In this document: positions 16,534-27,185 of the stretch, piece after piece | Numbering within the stretch: the first letter of the stretch is position 1 | How the letters are laid out: every line of letters starts with the position of its first letter | Source: a virus | Strand: one strand, 5' to 3' | IMG/VR virus record: IMGVR_UViG_3300040801_004314 | Coordinates: 36,665-100,664 of that record | DNA length: 64,000 nt | Made by a program: the position numbers and the translations under genes | The notes under the pieces: model-generated | What the model was told of the DNA's origin: nothing | What the model saw: only the letters and a program-made list of their open reading frames with translations | Databases searched by the model: none

Positions 16534-19058
16534 ATAAGGTCAAATGAACCACCGCCGTCAACAGGATTTATTACAGGGGGCAATTCTTCTGGATCACCCG
16601 AACCTGGATTTGGTGTAAGACCACCACCGTTGTCAAACCCACCAGTATCTCTACCTAATTGTGTGAATGATCTTATTTCTACTTCACCATTTGGTATATC
16701 TTGAACAAACCTTAGAGTCACAAATCTTGATGCAGTGCTAGGATTGCTACTTATTGAAAATATAAGATTTACACCTCCTGTATCACCAATTTCATCGGAA
16801 TTTTGTATATTTACATATGTACTATAATTTCCTAAGTTTGATATTGTCCAAGGCGCAGTAGAATCAACGAATAGTGTAAATGCCCCTCCTCTACTCAAAA
16901 TATCATTTGGTGGTATTTCAGCAACAGTAAACACATTATTAGGTGCTGCTGCCTGTGTTATTCTAACTGAGTCAGTATCATTATCAACGTTTGTAAAGCC
17001 TATTCTCGCAGCTCTTAGTGTTGTTAGTGGGTTCTGTGTAAATGTAATAGTAACTTGTGTAGCCCCACTACCAGATGATGCTGGCGATACACTAGTTACG
17101 TATGTGGAGTCTATATCACCTGAGTCAACTATCCAACTAGAAGTACTATTCACAGTTACTGTGGTGCTAGTAGCAGTGTTTGTTACGTTAGAATTTTCAG
17201 GTGTTACTGTGATGTTAGATGGATCTGGTTCTGGTTCTGGCACAGTGATAGGGTTATCGTCTCGCCCCCCACCGCTAGGTGGGGGGGTACTAAAATCCCC
17301 GACACCAACATATATTATGTAAGCTAATGCATAATAGGGTGGTAGGTTTCTATTTGTACCTGAAACACCAGTAGTGTTCACATTATGTGAGTGTGAACCC
17401 CCAAATACATTTTTATTCCAAGTTCTATTAACTGGGTTATTATCAGATGCTGATGGTATACTTTTAGTTTCTGATTCACCATTACCACCTAATTCTTGAG
17501 ATATTGAGTGAGAGTGTGATCCACTATTAGAAATAGTATGACTGTGAGATACTACAACAGAATCGGTATATCCACCAGTTTGGTTAGCATTATATTTATC
17601 ACCTCTACCAACTATAAATCTATTTACAAGGTTAGGTATTTCGATCCCATTAACTGTTCCACCTTGGCACAGCCTCCACCCCTCAGGAATTTGTGAATTA
17701 CTACCAGAAAACATAACAATAGTCCTTAACGGTACAGAGCTTCCTACTTCTTCCTCTTCTTCATTTCTAGGATTAGAGTTAAAACCAACTTTTATTACTT
17801 TTTCTGTCCAAGGTTGATCTGTAACATCTACATCATTCACATAACTCATGTATATTTCTGGCTCAGATGTTAAATTACCTATTAGTGAGTAAACTGCTGT
17901 TGTGTAGTTAGTTTTTACTTTCTGGTAAAAATATATTCTTCCTTGTGAGTCACTACCCTCTCTTACTATCCTAAAGTCGTCTTCAACAAAATGAGAAGTT
18001 CCGTAATTACAAATATTTGCATATATTCTATTGGCTTCTGTTTGGGATTTAAAAGCAATATGTAGATCAGTGTTATGTGCATCATTTTCTATACTACCAC
18101 TGCTGTTAATAGATAACTTAAATCCAAAAAAACTAAAAGTACTAAATGGTAAGCTAAATAATTTAATCCATTGCCCCACTCTGTTATTTGAAGAACTAGG
18201 TGATTTGAAATTATAATACCCTCTAGTTGCTCTTATATTACCAACTACATCTAACCTTTCTGTGGATGATGATTTACCTAATGATAAATTCCCATCAACA
18301 AAAGCAGAGCTACCAACTCTGAATAAGCCATCACCTCTCAATTGTATAAACCTATCACTTACTTCGTTTTTTATAGTAAAATCACTATTAGCAGAAGTAC
18401 CAAATCCTATGTATGCTTGTCTAGTCGAGCCATTATTTTCATAGAAAGGGATAAATAAAACATTAGAATTACCACTTGAGCTACCATAAAGTCTTAAAGG
18501 AACAGAACCTCTAAATATACCGCTACCATTTACATCTAATCTCTGTGAAGGTGATGTTACCCCTATACCAACATTACCATTAGGATTAACCCTAAATCTT
18601 ATAGCATTATTAGTAACCATCTCAATGGTATCATTTGCTGGGAATCTAATTATTGTATCACCATCGCCTATATGTCTTATTTCAGAATCTATGTATAATC
18701 TTTGTCTAACATTAACTTCGCCATTCACATCTAGTGTTCTAGATGGGTTAGGGATATTAATACCTATATTTCCATTATTTTGATAAACCACAGAATTAGA
18801 TACTGTATTTGCGCTTGAAAATAAAGCTAATCTGTTTGGTGTACCATTAACAAAACCAGTTGATTGGTTTTCCTCCACCCATTCATCACCATCCCAATAA
18901 AAAGAATTTGATGCATCTTTATCCCACACTCTTAATCCTTCGTACTTATGTGTTATGCTATTTTTTGTCTCATAAAACTCACCAGCACCAACAACAAACC
19001 TATTATCTATTGGTTTTGCTGTATTTACTTCAAAGTTATCTATTAATGGTGTTGACAT
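16530..19058 (-). CDS. Tail fibre / receptor-binding protein with tail-collar domain and two C-terminal BACON-like Ig domains
   Basis: GNIGI/GNVGIG repeats; VPLRTIVMFSG...PEGWRLC...PNLVNRFIVG; SHSH repeats; NLPPYYALAYII; two 'V.S...W...N.....R...F......TQ' BACON-like units. Confidence 0.8.
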   Translation of the reverse strand: MSTPLIDNFEVNTAKPIDNRFVVGAGEFYETKNSITHKYEGLRVWDKDASNSFYWDGDEWVEENQSTGFVNGTPNRLALFSSANTVSNSVVYQNNGNIGINIPNPSRTLDVNGEVNVRQRLYIDSEIRHIGDGDTIIRFPANDTIEMVTNNAIRFRVNPNGNVGIGVTSPSQRLDVNGSGIFRGSVPLRLYGSSSGNSNVLFIPFYENNGSTRQAYIGFGTSANSDFTIKNEVSDRFIQLRGDGLFRVGSSAFVDGNLSLGKSSSTERLDVVGNIRATRGYYNFKSPSSSNNRVGQWIKLFSLPFSTFSFFGFKLSINSSGSIENDAHNTDLHIAFKSQTEANRIYANICNYGTSHFVEDDFRIVREGSDSQGRIYFYQKVKTNYTTAVYSLIGNLTSEPEIYMSYVNDVDVTDQPWTEKVIKVGFNSNPRNEEEEEVGSSVPLRTIVMFSGSNSQIPEGWRLCQGGTVNGIEIPNLVNRFIVGRGDKYNANQTGGYTDSVVVSHSHTISNSGSHSHSISQELGGNGESETKSIPSASDNNPVNRTWNKNVFGGSHSHNVNTTGVSGTNRNLPPYYALAYIIYVGVGDFSTPPPSGGGRDDNPITVPEPEPDPSNITVTPENSNVTNTATSTTVTVNSTSSWIVDSGDIDSTYVTSVSPASSGSGATQVTITFTQNPLTTLRAARIGFTNVDNDTDSVRITQAAAPNNVFTVAEIPPNDILSRGGAFTLFVDSTAPWTISNLGNYSTYVNIQNSDEIGDTGGVNLIFSISSNPSTASRFVTLRFVQDIPNGEVEIRSFTQLGRDTGGFDNGGGLTPNPGSGDPEELPPVINPVDGGGSFDLI

Positions 19059-19084
19059 GTATTATATATTATTTTTTTGCTCTC

Positions 19085-20542
19085 CTATGTTATATTAAAA
19101 GTAAATTTTGTAGGTATTTCTAGGTTAAATGAATTTACCGAAGAATATAAATAATATTCCTTGGATGCCCAATATCCTTCTGGTGAGGAATAGCTTATTG
19201 TTTGCATATCTGTATTGATTACATTACCATCCTTATCCTCAACATTATCCAACTCCCCATATTCTATTGGGTATAGTAAAAATATCTTACCTTCACCAAT
19301 GAATTCAATAGTTTTGCTACCTTTATCTTCTACAATTTTAGATAAGAATGATAAGTTAGAGTTGCTTATATTAGGTGGATTACCCACACCAAAAAAGTAA
19401 GGATATACACCTTTTATACTAACGCTATCAGTTGATGTAGAAGTCCCATCGCTAACCTCTATTGTATAGGTTTGTGTAGTTGTAGTTATAGGGGATATAA
19501 CAATCGCATCTGCTATATCTACTATTGTTTTATAAGGTATACCACCTATAGGCTCGTAAAAGCTAGGATTCATATTTCTAAGTATTGTACCAACAGTTGG
19601 GTTAGTTTTTTTAACTATTGTATATTGTATTTTTGGATTAGGAAATGTACCCACCTCAGCAAAGCCTTTATCAAATGGTGGTAACATTTCTAATGATCCA
19701 TCAGGTGCTTGATTAGGATACACTATTCTTTTAAGTAGTTCCGATATACTATTTGCACCAAAAGTCTCACCTTGTATAAGCCCACCAATATTTACTGGGA
19801 GTTTTCTGTCATCAGTGAAATCCAATGGGAATCCGTTTACATTTACTCTACCTAACATGTTAAGCTCTTCATCTTCATCTCCTATATTATCTAAGGTAAC
19901 AACAAAGTTGCCCCAATCTAATTCATTTGATGAATTGTTGTATATCAAAATTTTATTGTTTATGTCCTCACTTTCGCTATCCTCGGTATTTGGGAACTTT
20001 ATATTATTGACAGTGGTGTTACTATCAGATTTAAATGAAATCGAATCATTAGCCACTATACTCATTGATAATGCTTCTACATCACTTATAAACTGTGACG
20101 ATATATAAGGTGCATCAGCATATAGATCACTATCTGTTCCAGCTAAGAAAGATAACTTTGTTGTGTTCTGATCTTCAAGATCTTCTTTAGTATTAAAAAA
20201 GTATATATCTGTATCATTTGATATGAGTGTTTCGTCTAAAATATCTACATTATCAAAGCTTCTTTTACCAAATAACATTTTGAGCTTTAAATCTTTATTG
20301 GGTTTTGAAGGATTTAAAGTATCTATACCAATATATCTTTTGCTCCCTACATAAGTCTCTTTAAATGCATTATTAGCCCATGCAGTTATCATTGCATCTC
20401 TTATTGGCTTAGGCTCTATAAATCCATCAGTGTTATCTTTTAAACGTTGTAGGAAAGAGTTTAGTGCTGTATTATTGGCAATTTCAAAACTATCGCCCTC
20501 TTGTACTGTATTAGGATTTAATTTAAATTCTAAATTGCTCAT
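19085..20542 (-). CDS. Virion structural protein, paralog of 20544-22187
   Basis: Shares DNT..I.P..RDA..T.WAN..FK.T, YIGIDT.NP, KML.GKRS and DQN.TK.S.LAGT with its neighbour. Confidence 0.7.
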   Translation of the reverse strand: MSNLEFKLNPNTVQEGDSFEIANNTALNSFLQRLKDNTDGFIEPKPIRDAMITAWANNAFKETYVGSKRYIGIDTLNPSKPNKDLKLKMLFGKRSFDNVDILDETLISNDTDIYFFNTKEDLEDQNTTKLSFLAGTDSDLYADAPYISSQFISDVEALSMSIVANDSISFKSDSNTTVNNIKFPNTEDSESEDINNKILIYNNSSNELDWGNFVVTLDNIGDEDEELNMLGRVNVNGFPLDFTDDRKLPVNIGGLIQGETFGANSISELLKRIVYPNQAPDGSLEMLPPFDKGFAEVGTFPNPKIQYTIVKKTNPTVGTILRNMNPSFYEPIGGIPYKTIVDIADAIVISPITTTTQTYTIEVSDGTSTSTDSVSIKGVYPYFFGVGNPPNISNSNLSFLSKIVEDKGSKTIEFIGEGKIFLLYPIEYGELDNVEDKDGNVINTDMQTISYSSPEGYWASKEYYLYSSVNSFNLEIPTKFTFNIT

Positions 20543-20543
20543 A

Positions 20544-22187
20544 CTAATAAATTATTTCTATTTTAAAATTACCATCTACGGTAACCCTTAATTTACTTTT
20601 ATATAATCTATAACCTCCTAAAAAGTTATTTGGGGAACTAGGTGTTATACTATTAGACACCTCGAAAGAGCTTAATCCTGATTCATTTTTGTCATATATA
20701 ACAAAGCCATTTGTGTCTTTTATTCTTGATACTTCTGGATAATTGACTGGTTGAGCAAAATATATATAACCACCACCACTACTAATAGTAAATTCTAAAG
20801 ATTCGCCAACATTTGGCATAGCCTTTATTATCTTACCAGTATTAGGTGAGGTTATTATACTATTCAAACCGCCACCAGTAAGTGTGTGATTTATATCAAT
20901 AAAAGAATGTATAATAGGTCTAACATATTCTATACTGTCTTTAATCCTAAAATCAAAGCCAAATAAACTGCTACTAGGCACTAATGTTATATCGTTGTTG
21001 TTAGATGCTAACAACTCAAATTCTAATGTTCTAGGGGTAGTTATGTTACCTGGTATATTATAATTGACACTTCCATTAAACACGTCACCAGGATTATTAG
21101 ACAGTGGTCCACCCTCTGCTATTATGTTCCAAGTTGTTTCAGTATCAGCATTATTTCTCAAAAACCATTTAGCAACAACCTCATCATCTTTTCTAGGGAA
21201 ACTTTTTATAGAATATGAAAAGGATAAAGTTGTAGGTTTACCTACCTCAGCATACTTTATGTTTCCTGGTGCTGCAACACTTAATGTTAATTCGGGTGCT
21301 ACTTCTGGATATATAACTTTTCTTAATACCTCACCTAATGCCCAATCTTGACCATCATTAGCACTCGTATAATTACCATTTTGATCCATACTATTGGATT
21401 CAAATGTATCTCCTTGTTTTACACCACCTATATCCACAGGCACTACATCATCTTCTACAAATTCAAGGGGGAATCCATTTAAATTAACTGGATCACCGTA
21501 TATATTAGTTTCAGAGCCAGTTGATCCAATATTAAAATCACTAGTATCTAACTCAGACCATTCTAAACCACCAAAAGGAAATGTTCCTACATATTTTAAT
21601 ATCTTATCTTCTCCTACATTATCTAATGTTTCTTGTATCGTAGGAAAGGATATACCATTTATATTGACTACATCATCATTTGATGATATATTAAGACTAC
21701 CACCAGGACTTGGATTTATTATGTTAAAGTCTATAATAGATTCACCATCTACTTTTTCACTTTCTAAATATGGTGAGTTTATATACAAATTTCGACTTGT
21801 CCCTGCTAATAAAGATACTTTTGTTTTATTTTGGTCAGCATCATCGGGTTTGGTATTATAAAAGAATACATCGGTATCACTAGTATTTAAAAGGGATTCG
21901 CTCATTATATCAAAAGATCCTACACTTCTTTTACCAAGTAGCATTTTAGCTTTAACATCTTTGTCATTAGGATTACCAGTGTCTATGCCTATGTATTGTG
22001 TATCACCACTAGTTGATGTTAGCTTAAAAGTTGAATTTGCCCATGTTGTTAAGAAAGCATCCCTTACGTCTCTTGGTCTTATTAACTTTTGTGTGTTGTC
22101 AGGTAAAAATTCCAGTAGACCAAACAAATCTGCCTTACTACTACTTTCTACAACTTGACCTGTGAATATGCTATAACTATTTGGCAT
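20544..22187 (-). CDS. Virion structural protein, paralog of 19085-20542
   Basis: As above; late-type promoter at 22214-22206. Confidence 0.7.
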   Translation of the reverse strand: MPNSYSIFTGQVVESSSKADLFGLLEFLPDNTQKLIRPRDVRDAFLTTWANSTFKLTSTSGDTQYIGIDTGNPNDKDVKAKMLLGKRSVGSFDIMSESLLNTSDTDVFFYNTKPDDADQNKTKVSLLAGTSRNLYINSPYLESEKVDGESIIDFNIINPSPGGSLNISSNDDVVNINGISFPTIQETLDNVGEDKILKYVGTFPFGGLEWSELDTSDFNIGSTGSETNIYGDPVNLNGFPLEFVEDDVVPVDIGGVKQGDTFESNSMDQNGNYTSANDGQDWALGEVLRKVIYPEVAPELTLSVAAPGNIKYAEVGKPTTLSFSYSIKSFPRKDDEVVAKWFLRNNADTETTWNIIAEGGPLSNNPGDVFNGSVNYNIPGNITTPRTLEFELLASNNNDITLVPSSSLFGFDFRIKDSIEYVRPIIHSFIDINHTLTGGGLNSIITSPNTGKIIKAMPNVGESLEFTISSGGGYIYFAQPVNYPEVSRIKDTNGFVIYDKNESGLSSFEVSNSITPSSPNNFLGGYRLYKSKLRVTVDGNFKIEIIY

Positions 22188-22241
22188 TTATGAACTATTT
22201 TTTATTATATATTAAAATATTTATGCCATATATTAAAAAAC

Positions 22242-22269
22242 ATTGAAAGCCCCCTATGGGGCTTTCAAT
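22242..22269 (-). terminator. Hairpin terminator
   Basis: ATTGAAAGCCCC-ctat-GGGGCTTTCAAT. Confidence 0.75.
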
Positions 22270-22288
22270 TAAAAAAAAAGATACTCAT

Positions 22289-22690
22289 TTACTCAAACAA
22301 GAATTCAAGTTTCATAAGGTTTTTAACTTTAGCAGTTTTCAAACCTAAATCATCGAATTTGAGTTTATCAAATTCTAATTTATTTTCTAATTCTGATAAT
22401 TCTTTCATTTCCTTAGTGAACTCTTTGGGATCTTTAAGTTCTACTGATCCTTCTATAACCTCACCCTTTTCGTTTTTTCCTGAAATAGGCTCGCCATCTT
22501 TATCACGATTTACCCATTTTTCTAAGATTTTCTTTTCTAATTTAGTCTTATCATCAACTATAGATGATAAGTCTTTTACTATTCGCATAAGTTTAAATGC
22601 AGTGGATGCATTTATATCTTCCTCAATTAGAGTATTTAAAGCTTCAATTGTTTCTGCGTTTAGCTCTTTATTTTTAACTATTATTGCCAT
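22289..22690 (-). CDS. Hypothetical protein (possible tail assembly chaperone)
   Basis: 133-aa helical ORF next to tail genes. Confidence 0.6.
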   Translation of the reverse strand: MAIIVKNKELNAETIEALNTLIEEDINASTAFKLMRIVKDLSSIVDDKTKLEKKILEKWVNRDKDGEPISGKNEKGEVIEGSVELKDPKEFTKEMKELSELENKLEFDKLKFDDLGLKTAKVKNLMKLEFLFE

Positions 22691-22771
22691 AAGTATTTTT
22701 ATTTTAATATTATATACATATTATTCTTTTTGTTTAATTAAAAAGTCGTATTTTTGAAAAAAAAAATATAC

Positions 22772-23542
22772 ATGAGTTTAATAGATTTCACTAAAAATAT
22801 GTTTAGTAAAGAAAAAGTGCTAGATTTAGAAAAATTACCCTCGATGGGTTTGTTTTATCCAGATGATTTTCACGTAAAAATTAAGAAGGCTAGAAAAGAG
22901 GATATAATATTCTATGAGCATGGATTCAATAAAGATGATATATCACTTACTATATCAAAACTTAAAGAGGTAGTTAGTAATAATATCACCTTTTCAAAAG
23001 GTTACGACTTTGATGATCTAGTTAGTGTAGATATAGTTTATATTTTTATAGAAATAGTAAAGTTAACCACTAATAAAAAGATAGGCTTCGAGTACTTTGA
23101 TAAAGAAAAAATTAAGACCAAATTCATAGAGTTTGCTCCTGAAAATTTTAATTATTTAGAAATAGATAGTAAGCTAAAAAAAGCTTACGATGATAAACAA
23201 AAAGTATTTATTATAGACAATTATAAATATTCACTTCCTAAGATAGGTGTTGAGAATTCTTTAAGTGATTTTTTAGTAACTAAAACATTAGAGGGTGTTG
23301 GAAATGAATATGCGGATAAGTTTATGGGATTTACATATTTTGTTTCACATAAAAAGCATTTAACTACTAGTGAAATAGAAAATTTAATTAAAATATTCAA
23401 TGAAGATATCGAAGAAAGTGAGATTGAGAAAGTCAAAGCAATACTTGATAAGTTTTCAAAATTCCAGTCTTATTCTTTATTAAGAAATGGTGAAAAAATA
23501 GAACTAAAGGGTAGAATAGATCTTGAAAATATTTGGAGATAA
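22772..23542 (+). CDS. Baseplate hub assembly protein (T4 gp26-like)
   Basis: LPSMGLFYP...D..YIFIEI pattern; ATG at 22772 preferred over TTG at 22754. Confidence 0.55.
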   Translation: MSLIDFTKNMFSKEKVLDLEKLPSMGLFYPDDFHVKIKKARKEDIIFYEHGFNKDDISLTISKLKEVVSNNITFSKGYDFDDLVSVDIVYIFIEIVKLTTNKKIGFEYFDKEKIKTKFIEFAPENFNYLEIDSKLKKAYDDKQKVFIIDNYKYSLPKIGVENSLSDFLVTKTLEGVGNEYADKFMGFTYFVSHKKHLTTSEIENLIKIFNEDIEESEIEKVKAILDKFSKFQSYSLLRNGEKIELKGRIDLENIWR

Positions 23543-23543
23543 T

Positions 23544-23580
23544 AAAAAAGGGGGATAATTTAATTATCCCCCCTTTTTTT
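23544..23580. terminator. Bidirectional terminator
   Basis: AAAAAAGGGGGATAATT-t-AATTATCCCCCCTTTTTTT. Confidence 0.85.
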
Positions 23581-23596
23581 ATTTACTAAAATAGTA

Positions 23597-26173
23597 TTAA
23601 GAACCACACATTAGGCAATCATCATCATCTTGTGCATTTCTAGAAGATTCCACCATTTTTCTAAAATCTTCTGGTGACATTTCTTCGTCTTTAGACTCTT
23701 CTTTTTCTTTCTCTTGCTGTACTGTAAACTTAACAGCATCAGAAGCTCCTTTATTTCTTAAATAGTAAATACCTGTCTTTAAGCTATTTCTTTTATCTCT
23801 ATAAAATTTAGGATTTCCTTCCTCGTCATAAACAACTTCTACATTCTCACCTGTTGGGATAACGTTTTCACCATTTTCATCTTTGATAAACTTTCTCTTA
23901 CCCCATCCATAGAAATGCATTGCTGTTAATTTACCAAAATTAGGCGAGTCCATAAATATATTCATTGACTGTGTTTGGTCAACAAAAGCACCCCTTTCAG
24001 CACACATGTCAATAACATCTTTTTGCTTAATCTCATAAACTGTTTTAAATATTTCTTTTAAATCGGTTGGTATTTCTGGAACATTTTGAACAGAACCATT
24101 TTCAGAAATTATTTTCTTTCTAACAGTATCATCCCAAATTCCTCTTTTAACAAGCTCTTTTACTAGATACTTATTAACCATTATAAAAGAACCAGATAGT
24201 GTTCCACGAGAATACATATTTGATGTTTGTGCTTCATAAGAAGCTTCATTACCAAGTATATTAGCAGTAGATGCTGTAGGCATAACACAAGTGGTTAGTG
24301 AGTTTCTAACACCATGCTCCATAACTTTTTCTCTAAGCTTTTCCCAATCCCATCTATCAGTTGGTTTAGCACCCCATAAATCATATTGAAATTTACCTTC
24401 TGATAAAGGAGAACCTTTAAAGGTTGTATAAGCACCTTCTTCTTTTGCTAAGTCACAAGATGCAGAAATAGATGCATAGTATATAGTTTCAAATATTTCT
24501 TTATTCAATTCTTTAGCTTGGTCAGAATCATAAGGAATCCCAACTAGAAAGAAAACATCAGCAAGTCCTTGAACACCTAACCCAATTGGTCTATGTAAAA
24601 TGTTAGAAAATTTAGCTGACTCTGATGGATAATAATTATTATCAATAACTTTATTTAGATTAACAGTAGCTTGATAGGCTGTTTTATATAACTTTTTATG
24701 GTTATAAGTCTTATTTTTATTTACAAACTTAGATAACGCAATAGAAGCTAGGTTACAAACTGCTGTTTCATTTACACTATCCCTACCATAAAATTCGCCT
24801 AAGTCTAAACTTTCTAATAATTCTTTATCTTTCAAGATTTCTTTTTGGACTTTAGTGACACCTGTTGCTTCTACAATTTCAGCACAAAGGTTAGAACTTT
24901 TTACCACACCAATATTTTTTTGGTTTGATCTTTCATTAATAGTATCTTTATATAAAATATAAGGTGTGCCAGTTTCTATTTGTGATTCTAATATTTTATT
25001 CCAAACCTCTCTAGCTTTTACTACTTTTTTATACTTTCCTTCTTTTTCATATCTAGTATAAATTTCTCTAAACTCATCTCCATATGTACCTTCCAGATCT
25101 TTACACTCATTAGGACACATTAAAGCCCAATCTTGATTAAGGTCTACACGTTCCATGAATAAATCGTTCATCCACATAGCTAAAAATAAATCCCTTGCTC
25201 TCATTTCTTCTTTTCCTTGGTTTTTCCTTAGGTCTAAGAATGCCATAATATCAGCATGCCATGGTTCAATATACATAGCAATAGATCCTTTTCTTTTACC
25301 ACCACCTTGGTCAACTGCCCTTGCTGTTTCATTGTAAATTTTAAGGAATGGGATAATACCATTAGAAGTTCCATTAGTACCTGCAATGTAGCTTCCTGTT
25401 GCTCTAACTTTATTGAAGTTTATACCTATTCCACCTGCATTTTTAGATATTTGAGCAGATTCTTTAAGTGTATTGAATATTCCCTCGATAGAATCACTTT
25501 CAGTATCTAAAAGGAAGCAAGAACTTAACTGTGGTCTTCTTGTTCCTGAATTAAATAAAGTTGGTGTTGCGTGTGTGTAATATCCCTCTGATAAAGTGTT
25601 GTATGTATCAATTACTTTTTCTATATCATTTCCATGTATTTGAATAGCTGTTCTCATGTACATGTATTGAGGTCTTTCTGCAACCACACCATCTATCTTA
25701 AGAAGATATGATTTTTCTAAAGTTTTAAAACCAAAGTAGTCAAAGTTATGGTCTCTGGAATGTATAATAGCGGAGTCTAATTCATCAGCATTTTCTTTTA
25801 CGATGTTATAAAAATCTTTTGAAACTATAGGTGCTTTTTTACCAGTTTTTGGGTTTACGTACTTATATAATTTCTTAGCAGTTTCTGAAAAAGACTTATT
25901 GGTGTCTTTATGTAAGGCTGTAATAGCCAATCTAGCTGCTAAGATAGAATAGTCTGGATGTTTTGTTGTTAAAGAGGCTGCTGTTTCCACTGCTAACTGA
26001 TCCAGTGTTGAGGTTTTTATATCAGGTGCTAATCCTGCAATTACCTTTTGAGCAACATCTATTGGCTCAACCCATTTTCTATCTAGTCCATAAGTTTGTT
26101 GTTTTACTCTATCTAGAATTTTGTCTAAGATAGCTGGTTCTTTTTTACCATTTCTTTTTACTACTTTAATCAT
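23597..26173 (-). CDS. nrdA: Class Ia ribonucleotide reductase alpha subunit with ATP cone
   Basis: VVKRNGKKE ATP cone; ATPTLFNSG; LSSCF; DQGGGKRKG; SNLCAEI; CNLAS; MPTAST; TGIYYLR; C-terminal CLMCGS. Confidence 0.97.
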   Translation of the reverse strand: MIKVVKRNGKKEPAILDKILDRVKQQTYGLDRKWVEPIDVAQKVIAGLAPDIKTSTLDQLAVETAASLTTKHPDYSILAARLAITALHKDTNKSFSETAKKLYKYVNPKTGKKAPIVSKDFYNIVKENADELDSAIIHSRDHNFDYFGFKTLEKSYLLKIDGVVAERPQYMYMRTAIQIHGNDIEKVIDTYNTLSEGYYTHATPTLFNSGTRRPQLSSCFLLDTESDSIEGIFNTLKESAQISKNAGGIGINFNKVRATGSYIAGTNGTSNGIIPFLKIYNETARAVDQGGGKRKGSIAMYIEPWHADIMAFLDLRKNQGKEEMRARDLFLAMWMNDLFMERVDLNQDWALMCPNECKDLEGTYGDEFREIYTRYEKEGKYKKVVKAREVWNKILESQIETGTPYILYKDTINERSNQKNIGVVKSSNLCAEIVEATGVTKVQKEILKDKELLESLDLGEFYGRDSVNETAVCNLASIALSKFVNKNKTYNHKKLYKTAYQATVNLNKVIDNNYYPSESAKFSNILHRPIGLGVQGLADVFFLVGIPYDSDQAKELNKEIFETIYYASISASCDLAKEEGAYTTFKGSPLSEGKFQYDLWGAKPTDRWDWEKLREKVMEHGVRNSLTTCVMPTASTANILGNEASYEAQTSNMYSRGTLSGSFIMVNKYLVKELVKRGIWDDTVRKKIISENGSVQNVPEIPTDLKEIFKTVYEIKQKDVIDMCAERGAFVDQTQSMNIFMDSPNFGKLTAMHFYGWGKRKFIKDENGENVIPTGENVEVVYDEEGNPKFYRDKRNSLKTGIYYLRNKGASDAVKFTVQQEKEKEESKDEEMSPEDFRKMVESSRNAQDDDDCLMCGS

Positions 26174-26286
26174 ATTTTTCTTATTTTTTTTTATTTATTC
26201 GTTTTTTATATATCTAATAATTTTAATTCCATAAATCGCCAAATGACTTTTTTTGGCGGTTTTTTACACACGCTTTGGTAAACCAA

Positions 26287-27168
26287 TTATAGAAAATCTA
26301 TATGGTCTAATTTGTTTAAGTTATACTTAAACTTAGTGTTATTGAGTATTTTTGTAACATCCTCTAATTTAACCATATACTCGTTTTCATAGGAGTTAAC
26401 TTTAAATATCGAGTCGTCATAATCTACTTCTAAAACTACACCTGTATAAAGTTTCAGTTCATTATTATTGGTTACTTTAAATTCAATTTCAGTACCCTCA
26501 TATATGTTTCTATTACTAACTTCTTTTGAGTTACCACCTTTACCAATATGCTCCTGTAGTTCTTCAATTATATAATTTCTCCACTTATTATCTAATAATT
26601 TAAACATATTGAATAGATTGTCTGAAAAATAAACAGAAAGCTCGTTAAATAATTCTACATTGGTAAAATTCTCATCTTTCAATTCTTTTTTAAGAAGTCT
26701 ATAATATTTGTTAAAATCAACTTTAGATGGTTTTCTTCTATTCGCAGTAAAGCTTAGGGTAGTTTTATTTTTTAAAATATCATAAACTTTCTCTTTAACT
26801 TTCTTTTCCCTTACATAGGCTTCGTGATCCCTTGATTGTTTATAATATGAAGAAGTCTTATCTACTTCTATAGTATCTTTAAAGAGTTCTGATATATTAC
26901 CTGGTTCTTCTTCTGTTACAGGATCTTCTTTCTTGCCTTTAAATATAGAATCATATTTTAGAGAGTGTTTACCCTCGCTTTTATGCTTAGATAGTGTGAC
27001 TTTATCATCTTCATTTGAATCATCTTCATCATCTTCATCATCATTGGAAATAATATAATCATCTTCTTCTATCTCGATTGATATATCTAAATTATCATCA
27101 TCCTCTTCACTTAAAAAATCAAATTTCTTATTTTCTAAGTTTTCCTCTTTTATTTTTTTATCACTCAT
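26287..27168 (-). CDS. Hypothetical protein with acidic N-terminus
   Basis: 293-aa ORF. Confidence 0.75.
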   Translation of the reverse strand: MSDKKIKEENLENKKFDFLSEEDDDNLDISIEIEEDDYIISNDDEDDEDDSNEDDKVTLSKHKSEGKHSLKYDSIFKGKKEDPVTEEEPGNISELFKDTIEVDKTSSYYKQSRDHEAYVREKKVKEKVYDILKNKTTLSFTANRRKPSKVDFNKYYRLLKKELKDENFTNVELFNELSVYFSDNLFNMFKLLDNKWRNYIIEELQEHIGKGGNSKEVSNRNIYEGTEIEFKVTNNNELKLYTGVVLEVDYDDSIFKVNSYENEYMVKLEDVTKILNNTKFKYNLNKLDHIDFL

Positions 27169-27185
27169 GTCTTTTATTTTTATTT

